A stretch of DNA of 64,000 nucleotides from an uncultured Acidobacteriaceae bacterium (lineage in GTDB: Bacteria; Acidobacteriota; Terriglobia; Terriglobales; Acidobacteriaceae). The notes under the pieces are model-generated. The model was not told the DNA's origin, did no database searches, and saw only the letters and a list, made by a program, of their open reading frames with translations. Positions 30,789 to 41,816 of the stretch are shown in pieces. The stretch covers positions 21,657-85,656 of the forward strand of contig CAWCJR010000002.1 in NCBI GenBank assembly GCA_963796015.1. The letters are read 5' to 3'. Numbering within the stretch: the stretch's first letter is position 1; every line of letters starts with the position of its first letter. Both the position numbers and the translations under genes were made by a program.

Positions 30789-32748
30789 TTTTTCGCTTTA
30801 GAACCGCGCTGTTGTTTTCATCGGCGGCGATTGTAGCCTCAAGTTTTCGATACTCGATATACTTTTGCGGAGCCAACTCTAATTCCTTCACCACAAACTC
30901 CCGCTTGTAATACAGCATGGTCGAGTCAGCCTTTACCTGGCTGTGATACGTGGCGAACCCAACATCTATGTTGATCGGGTCGGGCAAGTCATCCACTTCA
31001 TAACCTGCCGGAATGCTCACCTCAAAGCTATCCCGCCACGTGCCGGTTTGACCCAGGTCAATCGGATAAACTCTCGGTTCCTGATTAAATGGCCACTCCA
31101 ATGAACTTAGCACCCTCGGGCGTATCAGCAACAGATTAGCCCCAGCGTGCCTGGCATAGGATTGGGCGGTCACGTCGTAGCTGAGAAGAAGTTTTTTCTC
31201 CAGGTCGGCCACATTTGAGGCGGTCTGCGATTGCACCGTGAATGACGAAAGCGAATCGCGAAGTGTGTCCTCAATAGCCTCGTGCTGCTTGACTGTGCCG
31301 AATTCGTTGAACACTCTTCGCAAGTGCTCAGCGGAGGAACCGAAACGGGCCTCCGTCACGGCTCCCTTTAAAGTTCCGTCATCGGCGAGCTCGAACTTCG
31401 CCGAACGCTGCACCAGATCGGAGTCCGGCTTCAGCGTTGGAAGCAGAATCACCTGGCTATTCTTGCTCGCCACCAGAATTCCGTATCCTCCCTGGAGATA
31501 GCTGGGCAGTAAACCAATCGGAATGTACTCGTTCGTTGGATCAAAGATGAGATATCGCTGTCCGGTCTTAGCCGTAACAATCGCCTGCATCTGAGAGTCG
31601 TGATAGCCTTCGGGCAACTCGATGGCGGCAATAGCATGATTCGCGTGAATCGAAGGCAACTGCGGGTCAATGACTCCCCGGCTCGTATCCACCAGCACAT
31701 AGGTGGATCGCACTCCAACCGCACTGAGCATGGCAATCATTAACGTGACTTTGTCTTTGCAATCGCCATACCGATTCCGAAAAACGTCGGCTGCCGGATG
31801 CGGCTGCAATCCCCCGATGCCAATCTCGATCCCTACATACCTGATATCCCGCTGCATAAACTGGGCTATCCTTTGAATACGTTCCGTGAAGTCGGAACTT
31901 CCCTTAGTCAGTGTTTTCGCCATGGAGACGACCTCTGTCGGACCTTCAGTTCGGGGAGAAGCGAGGTCGTCATACCAATTTCCGATTTCCGCCCAGCGCG
32001 CGTCACCTTCGGGCGGGTCCGCCGCTGAAAAGTGCACAACCATGCGTCCCGCAAGCGACTGTTCCGAAGGCGCCATAGGAACATGATCAAGGTCAATACC
32101 GGGAATATCTTCCAGTTTCCACTGCCAATGATTTGGTGTTACCTGCGATGGCTCTTGCGGGTCATGCCGCAACCACGCAGCGTAGTACTTCCACTGCGCC
32201 GGCAGATTCAACTCAAAAACTGAGTGGACGGTTGGAATTGGATTTTGAAAGTACCATCCTTCTTCCTTCATATATGACGGGAGAATCTGCTCACTTTCAT
32301 ATGCCACGACTCCTCCCGGATCAGCTCCGGGCGGGACCACCACCTTCGCCTGCTCATCCACGTAAAGCATGCCCCATTCATCATCCCCGACTAAGCGAAT
32401 CTGATCATCCTCCACCGTATATTGGTGGCCGTCCGGGCCGATTGACCAGACGTGAAGGGCGTTCAGTTTGTAGTCTTTGCTGAAAGGAACAATGACGGTC
32501 GCATAACGCCGCCCCTGCTGACGCAATATCTTGATGACTGTCCTGTAGCGTTCTATCGCCTTCCCGTCGGGCTGGACGGTAAGCATCTTGTCTTCAAGCA
32601 ACACAATTGCTTTCGTATCCGGCGGGTACTGCGCCAGTTTGGCATTGGCCGCCTCTAAAACCCAATCTGGAAGCGCCGAATTCCTGGCAGCCGCAGGCCC
32701 CGCCAGCATCAGCGACAGTGCGACGGCGAAGAAGAAACTCTTGTTCAC
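30772..32748 (-). CDS. DUF3857 + transglutaminase-like cysteine protease-fold + DUF3858-type protein, secreted
   Basis: Signal peptide. The transglutaminase core RYGDCKDKVTLMIAMLSAVGVRS retains the catalytic Cys. GTG start overlaps the upstream stop (GTGA). Confidence 0.75.
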   Translation of the reverse strand: MNKSFFFAVALSLMLAGPAAARNSALPDWVLEAANAKLAQYPPDTKAIVLLEDKMLTVQPDGKAIERYRTVIKILRQQGRRYATVIVPFSKDYKLNALHVWSIGPDGHQYTVEDDQIRLVGDDEWGMLYVDEQAKVVVPPGADPGGVVAYESEQILPSYMKEEGWYFQNPIPTVHSVFELNLPAQWKYYAAWLRHDPQEPSQVTPNHWQWKLEDIPGIDLDHVPMAPSEQSLAGRMVVHFSAADPPEGDARWAEIGNWYDDLASPRTEGPTEVVSMAKTLTKGSSDFTERIQRIAQFMQRDIRYVGIEIGIGGLQPHPAADVFRNRYGDCKDKVTLMIAMLSAVGVRSTYVLVDTSRGVIDPQLPSIHANHAIAAIELPEGYHDSQMQAIVTAKTGQRYLIFDPTNEYIPIGLLPSYLQGGYGILVASKNSQVILLPTLKPDSDLVQRSAKFELADDGTLKGAVTEARFGSSAEHLRRVFNEFGTVKQHEAIEDTLRDSLSSFTVQSQTASNVADLEKKLLLSYDVTAQSYARHAGANLLLIRPRVLSSLEWPFNQEPRVYPIDLGQTGTWRDSFEVSIPAGYEVDDLPDPINIDVGFATYHSQVKADSTMLYYKREFVVKELELAPQKYIEYRKLEATIAADENNSAVLKRKISPSP

Positions 32749-34740
32749 AAACCGCTCCCTGTCTCATTCGACTTAAGAACGGCCTGTTCCTGGTCCTGGC
32801 CATTTACCTTCTGAAAGAAGTCCTTTAGACCACTGTAATCACCCGGTGCAAATAAAAAATTGGCGACAATCAACAAACGAGTGACGCTATAGGTATTGCC
32901 TTTGGCTTCGTACTTCGCGGTGTATAGAGCGTTATTCGGCAAAGGAATACTCGCATCTTTCGGAACGCTTTCGATCGCAAGGTTTTTTGGCAACTCGATC
33001 GTCACTGTATCCTGGACCGCCGATGCGTAACGAAGATAGACGGGCGTTTCTCGCTTATCGTGAACCAGAAGCGGTTTCGTTCCGGCTTCGAGGAAGTTTG
33101 ATGGCAAGAATATCCGCTTCGATGTCGCTGTGCCCATGGAACCCGATACCTCAACTTGGGCCAGTAGCAAGCTCTTCCAGTCTGTAAGTCCTATGAAGTG
33201 ATTCAATTTTACATCCGCGCCCGGAGCAATGGTCTCCCGCAAGTCGTCTTCGAATTCCTTTTTCACTTCAGTTTCATCACTCACCAGTGCGCGCTGCCGC
33301 CAATAAAGGGCAGGCACTCCCGACAGTATTATGCGGATGAAGCCGTGAACCTTTCCGTCGGGATCGAGCTGCAACTGCGCGACGCGTGTGGTCTGGGCTT
33401 TGGAATAGGGCGCAGCGGGTGTCTCCGCGATGGCTGTTCCCTTGTCTGTCTGTCGCATTCCTTTCGTGCTGGTGTGCTTCCAATGCAACTGTCCGATCGC
33501 ACAGTACCTTTCTCCGGGATCGAAATACTGCTCCTTGCCGTCCACCTGCACGATTGCAATTTCATCTTGCAGCTGAAACATTGTCAGATAATTCACGTCG
33601 AAGATTTCCCTTTCGCGATCAGTCACCAGCATCGCGTACGCCTTCATTCCCGCGGCTCTGGCCAAGGCTATGAACAGCAGCGTGATCTCGTCGCCGTCGC
33701 CTCGCTTCTGCTCCCATATATCATCCGCAGTCTTTATCTTGATTCCCTGCGCCTTATTTTCAGCACGGGTATGACCACGCGTGAAATTCGTGTTCTCCAA
33801 CTGCATGACCGCGTCGTAAATCTTAGCTACCTTTTGCTGCTCAGGATCTGAGGGACTCACAATCTTCGCCACTGCGGCGCTTAAATTTGGCGAGGACATA
33901 AACTTATTTACGTCTTTCGACCAATATCTGCCTTCAGTGTTCCAATATTCGTCGGGAGAGTGAGATGCGGTGTAGTAAAAAAGCACACGATAGGAAAGGC
34001 TATGCAGGGGCGGCATCAGCTCTTCCTGGGGAATCGGCGGAATGTTGTGAACAATCAGTTCATACCTGTCTTGCGCCGGAATGTATTTCACCGCATCGCC
34101 TTTTGGCAGAACAGTGGTGTAAACCGCGCCATGGAAAATGTCGCCACGCGAATTAATCAGGTCGTGCGAACTGGGCAGAAACTCATATTTTCCGGTTCGC
34201 AGAAACAGGTCCCGCTGGATATACCATTGCGGAGGGCTCGCGCTCATGGCGTTATAGCGCAGAACATAACGGTATTCGAGAATGCTTCCGACCTGAACGT
34301 CTGGCATAGTAAAGACGGTTTCGGCCAGAGTATCGTTCTTCGATCCTGCAATTTGCTTCTGGTAAGGCTTGCCGGTAAAGGGAACGATCGCTCCGTCGCT
34401 GTGAATTGTCCGGCCTTGCACTTCGGCGATTGAAAAGTAATGTCCGGGATATTCAATCCGCACATCTGCGTATCTTTTTCCGGCTTCGGTTAGAATCTTC
34501 ACCCGCTCATACAACGTATGAGAATTCAGTCTGGAATCCGTCCCAAAGGCGTCTGAGACCGATGCAGACTGCTCGCGGTCGTCGGTCGTCTCTTCGCGAT
34601 ATAAAACTACAGCATCCGCCCCAGGAGCCTCAGGCTGCGCCGTCATACTCAATTCCTCCGCCGTCGGCTGCTGCCACGTCACTCCGAATAAGGGCGCGGA
34701 AATAACTATCAGAAACTAGAACACGCAGGAATTTGGTCAC
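32745..34740 (-). pseudogene. paralogous DUF3857 + transglutaminase-like protein lacking the catalytic Cys; frame disruption in the signal peptide
   Basis: Same architecture as 30772..32748, but the core reads KRGDGDEITLLFIALARAAGMKA (Gly where Cys is expected). GAAGGAG lies 5 nt before GTG 34740. The reading MTKFLRVL|FLIVISAPLFGVTWQQ needs 1 nt removed near 34716. The ORF-track start at 34682 lacks a signal peptide. Confidence 0.7.
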
Positions 34741-35069
34741 GAGAACTCCTTCGAAAAAACTAAGAGCGCAAACTCATTGACACAAAAGCGGCGGGAAGAA
34801 GCGCCTGAAAACGATGTTTCAGGAGGGGAATCGCCCCTGTCCCGTTTCGGCACACAGGATCATACGAAAGACAATACTTGTAAGCAAGATGAAACCGGAG
34901 ATTCATGGCGGCTGGACCCGCCTTGATAATGGGAACGGCAACAGCGCTCAATGCGGCATAATCAGCTTTTGGTACATGACCGGGAGTAATCGGGTATCTA
35001 TGGGATTGTTGCGCTTGTGCCGTTTCGGTACAAATGTCTTGCGGCCAAAATTATCGAGGAGAGATTCAA

Positions 35070-35246
35070 ATGTTCAACAACAGCCTAACCCCCAAAATTG
35101 CTAATTTCGTAGCGCGATTCAAACCGTCAAATCAGCCCCTGCGCGAACTGCCACTCCCGTTCGCGCCACGAAATGGTGATTCCCCCAGCGTTTGGGATAT
35201 TACCAATAAGATCTGCGACCGCCATCACATCATGCATCTGTGCTAG
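35070..35246 (+). CDS. possible small protein (58 aa), unknown function
   Basis: ATG 35070 is preceded by GAGGAGAG with a 6-nt spacer, inside an otherwise empty ~530-bp gap. No recognisable motif, and a reverse-strand ORF covers the same DNA. Confidence 0.25.
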   Translation: MFNNSLTPKIANFVARFKPSNQPLRELPLPFAPRNGDSPSVWDITNKICDRHHIMHLC

Positions 35247-35272
35247 ACATTCTGACGGCGTGCAGTCGCAAA

Positions 35273-36605
35273 TTATTGAGGTTCTGGGATTGTCTCCATG
35301 CGTCCCAGCAGAATCACATAACCGGCAATACCGAGTAACAGAATGCCTGTGGCGGTCACGAACGCGGATGAAAACGCATGAGTTGCCGAGACAATGTAGC
35401 CAGTAACAATGGGGGCGGAAATTCCGCCTATCTGACCACACAAATTCGCTATGCCTCCAATCGCGCCAACGCTCTCGCGGGGTGCAATCAAGGATGGCAC
35501 GGTCCATGCGACTGGCGCCGCGGCCGCCAGTCCTCCTATGGAAACGCTGATCCAAAACAACGCGGTTGCAGGACTATGCGCGCGCGCCGCGCCCAAAATT
35601 CCTAGCCCTAGAGCAGTGCCGCCAATCAGAACCGCCTGGCGCACCGTGTTGGGATTCCAGCCGCGCCCAATCAAATCGTCCACCAGCCAGCCTCCAACTG
35701 CGATGTCGGTGAATGTTGCGAACAACCATGGCACGCTCGTATAAACAACCGAATGCAGCAAATCCAAATGAAGCGAAATCAGGAGATAGCTCGGCAGCCA
35801 CGCCGCCAGCAAATAAAAAGTGTAGTTATAAGCTCCCCATCCCAAGGCAAGCCCGTATACTTTTGGCTGCTGCAACAAATACCATAGCGACGCTTGCGCG
35901 TTGATCTGACGTATTGCCTTCGACTTGAGTGCCCCCTTTAGCAATGAACTGGCGTTCGTTGTCCGAAAGATTGTTGTCCTCACTGGGATTTCGATAAATC
36001 AGGCAAAACAATGCAAAGTAGAGAAGGCTGATGAAACCGGTGGCGGCGAAACTCCATCGCCAGCCAAAATGCAAAAGCAAAATGCCCAGGAAAGGCACTC
36101 CGATCGCGATGGAGAATTTCGCGGCAGCATCGGTGATGGCCGTCGCCAGACTTCTTTCTCGTACAGGAAACCAATAGCCGATCGCCTTTGCATTTCCGGG
36201 GAAAGTCGGTGATTCGCCAACTCCCAAAAGAAATCTCGCAGCTACAAATGTGCCCACGCCGGTCGAGGCTGCCGCGCCGAATGAAGCCATGCTCCATAAC
36301 AGAGTGCTGATTCGGCCAATCCGACGCACTCCGAAACGGTCTAATAGCAGGCCACATGGAATCTGCATCATCGCGTAAGTCAGGTTATAAGCGCTCGACA
36401 AATATCCGAACGCGACCGTGGACACTCCAAATGAAATATTTAAAGCAGTCTGCGAGACCGACAGATTGACGCGGTCGAAATATGCCACGACCACGCCGAA
36501 GGCAAGCAGAAAGGCGATTCGCCATCGCCTATGGGGAATTCTCGCGGCGTCTGAATCAATGCTCTCTGAATCGGTGTTCCCTGAATCAATGTTCAACGAT
36601 CGCAA
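35273..36605 (-). pseudogene. MFS transporter, anion:cation symporter (ACS, DgoT/ExuT-like) family; one frame disruption
   Basis: ORFs 35826..36605 and 35273..35983 join at the C-run 35932..35936 (..NERQFIAKG|ALKSKAIRQINAQASLWYLLQQPKVYG..). DRFGVRR and GVGESPTFPG motifs. Confidence 0.8.
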
Positions 36606-36727
36606 CCTCGTCCTGATTTCGCGGAGCAGTTGAGTCTACCGGAATTGCTTCTACTTAGACGTAATCCTGAAGAACTTTAGGATCGGTGTCAGAATTTCCT
36701 TCGCAATATTTTGGCTCTCGCGAAGGC

Positions 36728-36842
36728 AGCCGACAAATCCAGCCCCGAAGGGGCGAAACACATCAGCCCAGCACGTAAGTGCTGGGTAAACAGACGACAA
36801 AAATCCACGCGCCCGAAAAGGGCGCGAAAGCCGACAAGATCC
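36728..36842. repeat. REP-like composite of three short GC hairpins flanked by a near-identical direct repeat
   Basis: Hairpins are gccccGAAggggc, cccagcacGTAAgtgctggg and gcgcccGAAAAgggcgc. They lie between agccgacaaatcc (36728..36740) and agccgacaagatcc (36829..36842). The ORF-track entries here (36711..36905, 36689..36931) are translations of this element. Confidence 0.6.
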
Positions 36843-36945
36843 CTGAAACAGTGCTTTTCATATTTCCCGCACTCTTGGATTGACACCGTTCGCCGGATAA
36901 AATAGATTTCTCTTCCCGGTCCGAATTTCATCTTTGGAGCTATTT

Positions 36946-38495
36946 ATGGCTGCGATGAATCTCGAATTGGGCCCGCCCGAAGTAAACCCTGAGTTGCCCC
37001 AAGCCTTCGCTGCAAAACCACCAAGCTCGCCCCCCGCAAACCGGGTTGCGATTCTCGTCGCCCACGGCATGGGGCAGCAGGTGCCTTACGAAACCATTGA
37101 CGGGGTGGCACAAGCCGCCGCCCGCGGTGTGGTGAATGGCGGAGGAACTTTAACCAAATCCGTGATTCGCTCGGTGCGCATGGGAACCCAGGGAGACTCA
37201 GATCTCGTCCGCGCCGAAATACAGATCAGAGAAGCTAGCGGCCAGGAACACGAGGTGCATGTCTATGAGGCGTACTGGGCGCCAATTACCGAGGGTAAGG
37301 TCTCGGCAACTGACGTAGTCAACTTTCTCTTCGATGCCGGCTGGAATGGGATTCTGAATACTACGGCTAGAACCTATCGCCGATGGATGTTCGGAGCGGA
37401 ACAGCAGTTCTTGCTTGCAACCGAGAAGCTGACATTTGCATTCCTGGGAATCATGGCGCTTCTTGCCGCGCTGGTTTTCATTAATTCAATTGCCGCTGCC
37501 GCCACAGCGTCCCATGCCCTGGGAAGCGCGAACCTTTTCCCGTCCGGAGATCTTCTGGCGTGGCTGACGTGGGACTTCGTTTTGGTTGATATCGCTGCGT
37601 TATTGATCGCGATCGGAGTTTTCGTCGTCGGGCGTATCAATCCCAGGCTCATTGCATGGATCTTTATTTATTTAGGCGCGTCTCTGATTGTCATCGCGGC
37701 AATCCTTATGGCTGGACACTTACTGCGATGGCCGTTCTTCCTTCATTTCGTTCCGCACGGCGGCTGGTCGCAGTTCGTTTCTAAATATTCGCTCTGCATC
37801 GTAGCGCTATGGACACTTGAAATATGGGCGGCTTCCATAGCGCGAGGTTTCTCATCCAATATGTCGGCGACGTCGCCGCTTACATCGCGGCCCACACCGT
37901 CAGCAAATTCTGGGAAGTTCGACAGCAGATTTGGGAAACGGCAATGAAAGTAGGCGAAGCGGTTTATCGTGCCAGAACCGCCGATGACTCCGGCTTCCTA
38001 TATACAAAAATAATCGTCGTCGGCCATTCTCTAGGTTCAGTGATCGGATATGACGTGCTCAACGGCCTTCTGATAGACGATCAATTCTCAGCTAAGCCAC
38101 TGAATGTCGCCGCCCGCACCAGAATGTTTCTCACCTTCGGATCGCCCCTCGATAAGACCGCTTTTCTTTTCCGAACTCAAAAAGATATGCGTTCACAAGT
38201 GCGGGAAGTGGCAGCCGCCGCAGTGCAACCCATGATCGCGGATTACCGTAACCGGCCGCCGGAATGGGTAAATCTTTGGTCGAAGGCGGATATTATCAGC
38301 GGCCACCTTGATTTTTACGATCCTCCCAATGCAATCAATGCAAAGCATCCGGAACACTACGTACATGCCCGCATGAACCCGAAAGGGGTTCAAAATCACA
38401 TTGATCCCGACGCTAAGACGCCCCTAAAGGCGCACATCGAATACTGGGACGGCAAGATGTTCGCCGAGCAGTTATACCGTGGCATTACTACCTAA
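36946..38495 (+). pseudogene. membrane-inserted alpha/beta-hydrolase (lipase/esterase-like, GHSLGS); one frame disruption
   Basis: VAILVAHGMGQQ near the N-terminus; ~4 hydrophobic helices in the middle; IIVVGHSLGSVIGYD is a nucleophile elbow. ORFs 36934..37947 and 37824..38495 join at the T-run 37848..37850 (..AASIARG|FLIQYVGDVAAYIAAH..). Confidence 0.7.
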
Positions 38496-38531
38496 GAAAG
38501 AGTCGTTCGATCTCGTCTACACAATAAAAAT

Positions 38532-38554
38532 AGGGCCGCTTTTGAAGCGGCCCT
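38532..38554 (-). terminator. intrinsic terminator-like hairpin between convergent genes
   Basis: Perfect 9-bp stem agggccgct/agcggccct with loop tttga. On the minus strand it is followed by a U-rich tract (complement of acaataaaaat). It lies 27 nt beyond the stop of the minus-strand peptidase gene. Confidence 0.6.
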
Positions 38555-38580
38555 TAGTCAAATACCAATTCTACTTTCGC

Positions 38581-40693
38581 TTAGTGAGCTGCTGGCGCGG
38601 CCAACGAAACTACTCCCTGAATGAACGCCAATCCGTTCGGCGTCCCCAAACCGGTAGCGTTGTCCCATCCTACAGCCGTCGTTAGCGATGAGTCCGTCCC
38701 GAAAGTGAAGACATCCCATCGAGTTGAGGTTGAACTCTGGAATAGCGCGCTGACGAATTGCTTCTGCTTTTGCACCGGCTGCGCCAGAGTGGCCGCCGAC
38801 TCGAACATCGGTTTATTTGGCGGATTGAAGATAGTCCCCGTTACATTAAACGGAGAAGTTACAGGAACTACGTCGAGGATGCTGCCGGCCGGGAGTTCAT
38901 AAAGCCAGGGAGCTGCCTGCCCCAACGGACCTCCGGCTGCCTGGTTCGCTATAGCCCACAAAGCGGAGAACATCGGACAAGAAAGGCTCGTACCGCCAAA
39001 CACCTCTACCAAAGTCTGTCCACCCTTATTGGGATCGCTAATGACTATCTCGTTTCCCGTCTCAGGGTCGGCATTCATGGAAATATCCGGTGTCTGTCGG
39101 AACTTACCCGGCAGCTTTTTTTGGAAACTGGGCTTGGCAAAGTAGGTGCTCGCTCCTCCACCGCCTCCTTCTATAAAGCCGAAAAACAGAGGGGGAATGG
39201 TCGGAGGGTTCGGATTCGGCTCGGCAATGCGTGTCTCGTTTAGACCCCAGCTCGTTTGAAATTTCAGGCTGTTGTCCGGATTCAAGAACGTGCTGGTGCC
39301 GCCAATAGCGGTTGCAAACGGCGAATCTGAATTTGAGCCCGAAGAAGGTGCCGGGATACCAAAATCGTTAGTATCTTCGATGAGGTTATCGCCAGCGTCG
39401 CCGGTGGAAACGTTCTGCGAAATACCGAGAGCCGCCGCGATCTCCGCAATGCCGTTCTCAACAATAAGCTCCGAAGGCAGGAAGTCAACTAGCACTATCT
39501 CTGGAATCCCGAAGCTGTTCGAAACGACGTTGCCCAACTCATTGTCAATCGCAAACAGATTCGCTTCATCGAGAGTCGAGAAGTTGGCATCCGTGCCGAG
39601 CACGAGCGCGATATTGGCGCCTGGGGCAATCGCGTGCGCCCATTCAACGTCAAGGGTTGTTTCATATTCCCAGTTTCCGGCTATGCAATCGGCCGCGCAA
39701 TTGACCGGACCTGTCGGCGTGAAGATTTGGAAATTTGTGGAGGTAAGCGCGGGCAGTCCGTTCATGCGATGAAAATTGATTGGCATCCGCGGTGATCGTA
39801 TTCGAGCCGTATGCGTCAACGATTACAATTGTCTGGCCCGTACCATTTAAACCGGTGTTATAAAGTCCATTCAATCCATACACAGTTTGAATTTCGGCGG
39901 CGTCATAACCGCAAGATGGCATATTTGGAGCCGGAGTGCCGAGATCGGCACCGTACCTATTGCCGGAGTACACCGCAAATGGAGCCCCGCCTCCCGTCGT
40001 GAAGATATGGGCTTCCGGTGGCCGCATGCATTCCTGGCTAAAAACCAACCCGTCGGACCCTACCGCAGACAGTGGTACTCCAGCGAAAGGCTTCCCGGAA
40101 TCGGGGTTCACGCTGCGCTTTGCGTATGACTTATAAGTGAGATCACTCAACCCCTGTACGGAGGCAATCTTCGCACTGGCAGGTCCCGAGACTGAGGCCT
40201 CTGACATGTTTACGCGATGCATTGCGCCGTTAACCATGACCCGGTTAATCTGCACGTTAAATGCTTTTTGAATGTCCCCTATCTTCCCTGTCGCGACCAC
40301 ATAGTGATTGTTCTTCTCGATGGATGTGACTCGCAGATTTTTGTTCGCCAGGAAGCTGCGGACTGTTCCTGCATCCTGAACCGTAGGCGCGAACGTGGAC
40401 CGATATTGCTCGCCCGTAAGGAAATGATGGTAGTTTGGCGAGTTTTTGTTGTAGATGTCGCGAACCAGATTATCCAGTGTCTCTTTATTGTTTTGGCGGA
40501 GCCAAACCGTCACTGAAATTTGTTTGGAGGCTTCTTCTGGGCCAAGATTTTGCGAGTTCGCTAGCGCTGGGGTGCTATCGCTTGCGACAACCGAACCTGA
40601 TGATTGAGAGTATGCGGAACCCACCATCAATGCCAGAACAGCCAGCGCGACGGAGGGCACAACGCGGGAGAAGTATCTGGTTCTGTAAATCAT
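38581..40693 (-). pseudogene. S53 (sedolisin/kumamolisin-like) serine peptidase with pro-domain; one frame disruption
   Basis: Signal peptide; pro-kumamolisin activation domain (ISVTVWLRQNN...FLTGEQYRSTFAP...ATGKIGDIQKAFNV); catalytic part with TIVIVDAYG, SGDAGD and GGTSLSCPMFSALWA. ORFs 39662..40693 and 38581..39819 join near 39766 (..ADANQFSS|MNGLPALTS..). Confidence 0.8.
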
Positions 40694-40853
40694 GAGTAAA
40701 CTCCTTTAAGGACTTTCCCTTACTTCAGGCTTGTAGCGCGGCTTTTGGCGGGGTTAGTCCGGGCACGAAGTGTGCCACTACCGAGTACAGGCTGTCAAGT
40801 GAAGTTGGATAGGTATGAAAGTTTTTACAACTCTGAGAGAGGTCGCAGGTTTC

Positions 40854-41444
40854 TCACCGGCTGCTCGGTGTTTGCTGATTCTTTCCTGAAGCGTGCACAT
40901 TAATCGCAACTGACTCGCTTACCCTCAAGACAAATGTGCTCGGATTCTTGATTCCCCACTTCGTATACGGCACGACGAAATGTCCAGTCGCGGTCCAGTG
41001 ATCTTGTGCCAGGTCAACTTGAATCGGAATTGTCATTTCATGGTCTCCCCCATGAATTGTGAAAATTCCATGCACCTGCACGTTTGACGTACCGTTCATC
41101 CCGACTTTCCCATCTACCCGGTCGGGACGAAAAATAATATCCGGGTACGTCGCGCTCTCCAGAACCTCCTTATGCATCTTCCGGTCCCGCATCCCGATGC
41201 CAGTATGACCGCTCGTGGCATCCACTACCACTTCGCCACTGATTTCTCCGGACGCAGGATTGTAAAGTATCTTCCCGCGCTTCAATGCAAAAGTTCCGTG
41301 CACATTGTGCACCATATCACCCAGCGTGAACGTTACCGTTGTCTGTAAGGGAAGGAATTCAAAAACCGCTTCGGGAGTCTGAGCGCGACACCAAACCGCG
41401 AGCGCTACGATCAGCACCGCATGGCAGGGAAACCAACTGGCCAT
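40854..41444 (-). CDS. YceI-family (polyisoprenoid-binding-like) periplasmic protein
   Basis: Signal peptide, then TVTFTLGDMVHNVHGTF...VVDATSGHTGIGMRDRKMHKEVLE..YPDIIF...IHGGDHEMTIP pattern. Confidence 0.8.
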   Translation of the reverse strand: MASWFPCHAVLIVALAVWCRAQTPEAVFEFLPLQTTVTFTLGDMVHNVHGTFALKRGKILYNPASGEISGEVVVDATSGHTGIGMRDRKMHKEVLESATYPDIIFRPDRVDGKVGMNGTSNVQVHGIFTIHGGDHEMTIPIQVDLAQDHWTATGHFVVPYTKWGIKNPSTFVLRVSESVAINVHASGKNQQTPSSR

Positions 41445-41635
41445 TCTTAGTCTAGTTGTACTGATATCAGCCTCATTTTCTGAAAATAGTTGGCCGCAAC
41501 TGGACCGGGGAACTATAACGTGAGCGGTTCTCTAAATACATGAATAGTTTGAGAATTCGAGCCCAATCATTGTTCGTAGTTGTCACCCTTGTCAGTCTGA
41601 CTCTGACAGGGTGACGGCGTTAACGATGAGAAAAC

Positions 41636-41725
41636 TGGCGGAGAGGGAGGGATTTGAACCCCCGATACCCGTTAAGGTATGTCCGCTTTCGAGGCGGATC
41701 GTTTCAACCACTCACGCACCTCTCC
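41636..41725 (-). tRNA. tRNA-Ser (anticodon CGA)
   Basis: Reverse complement is GGAGAGGTGCGTGAGTGGTTGAAACGATCCGCCTCGAAAGCGGACATACCTTAACGGGTATCGGGGGTTCAAATCCCTCCCTCTCCGCCA. It has a 7-bp acceptor, anticodon stem TCCGC/GCGGA with loop CTCGAAA, a long variable arm, a GTTCAAATC T-loop, and an encoded CCA. Confidence 0.9.
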
Positions 41726-41816
41726 GTAACGGATTTTTGTGAAAGACCCGATAGATGTGGGACCCTTCGCTCAGGATTTCGGGTCAGGAGTTTGTTCGTA
41801 TTCCCAACTATTTTTT

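Noticed and set aside
36689-36931. Two ORF-track ORFs (36711..36905 plus strand, 36689..36931 minus strand)
   Set aside because: Both are read-throughs of the three-hairpin REP composite. The peptide strings (..SPEGAKHISPARKCWV.., ..CFAPSGLD..) are the kind produced by translating such palindromic repeats.
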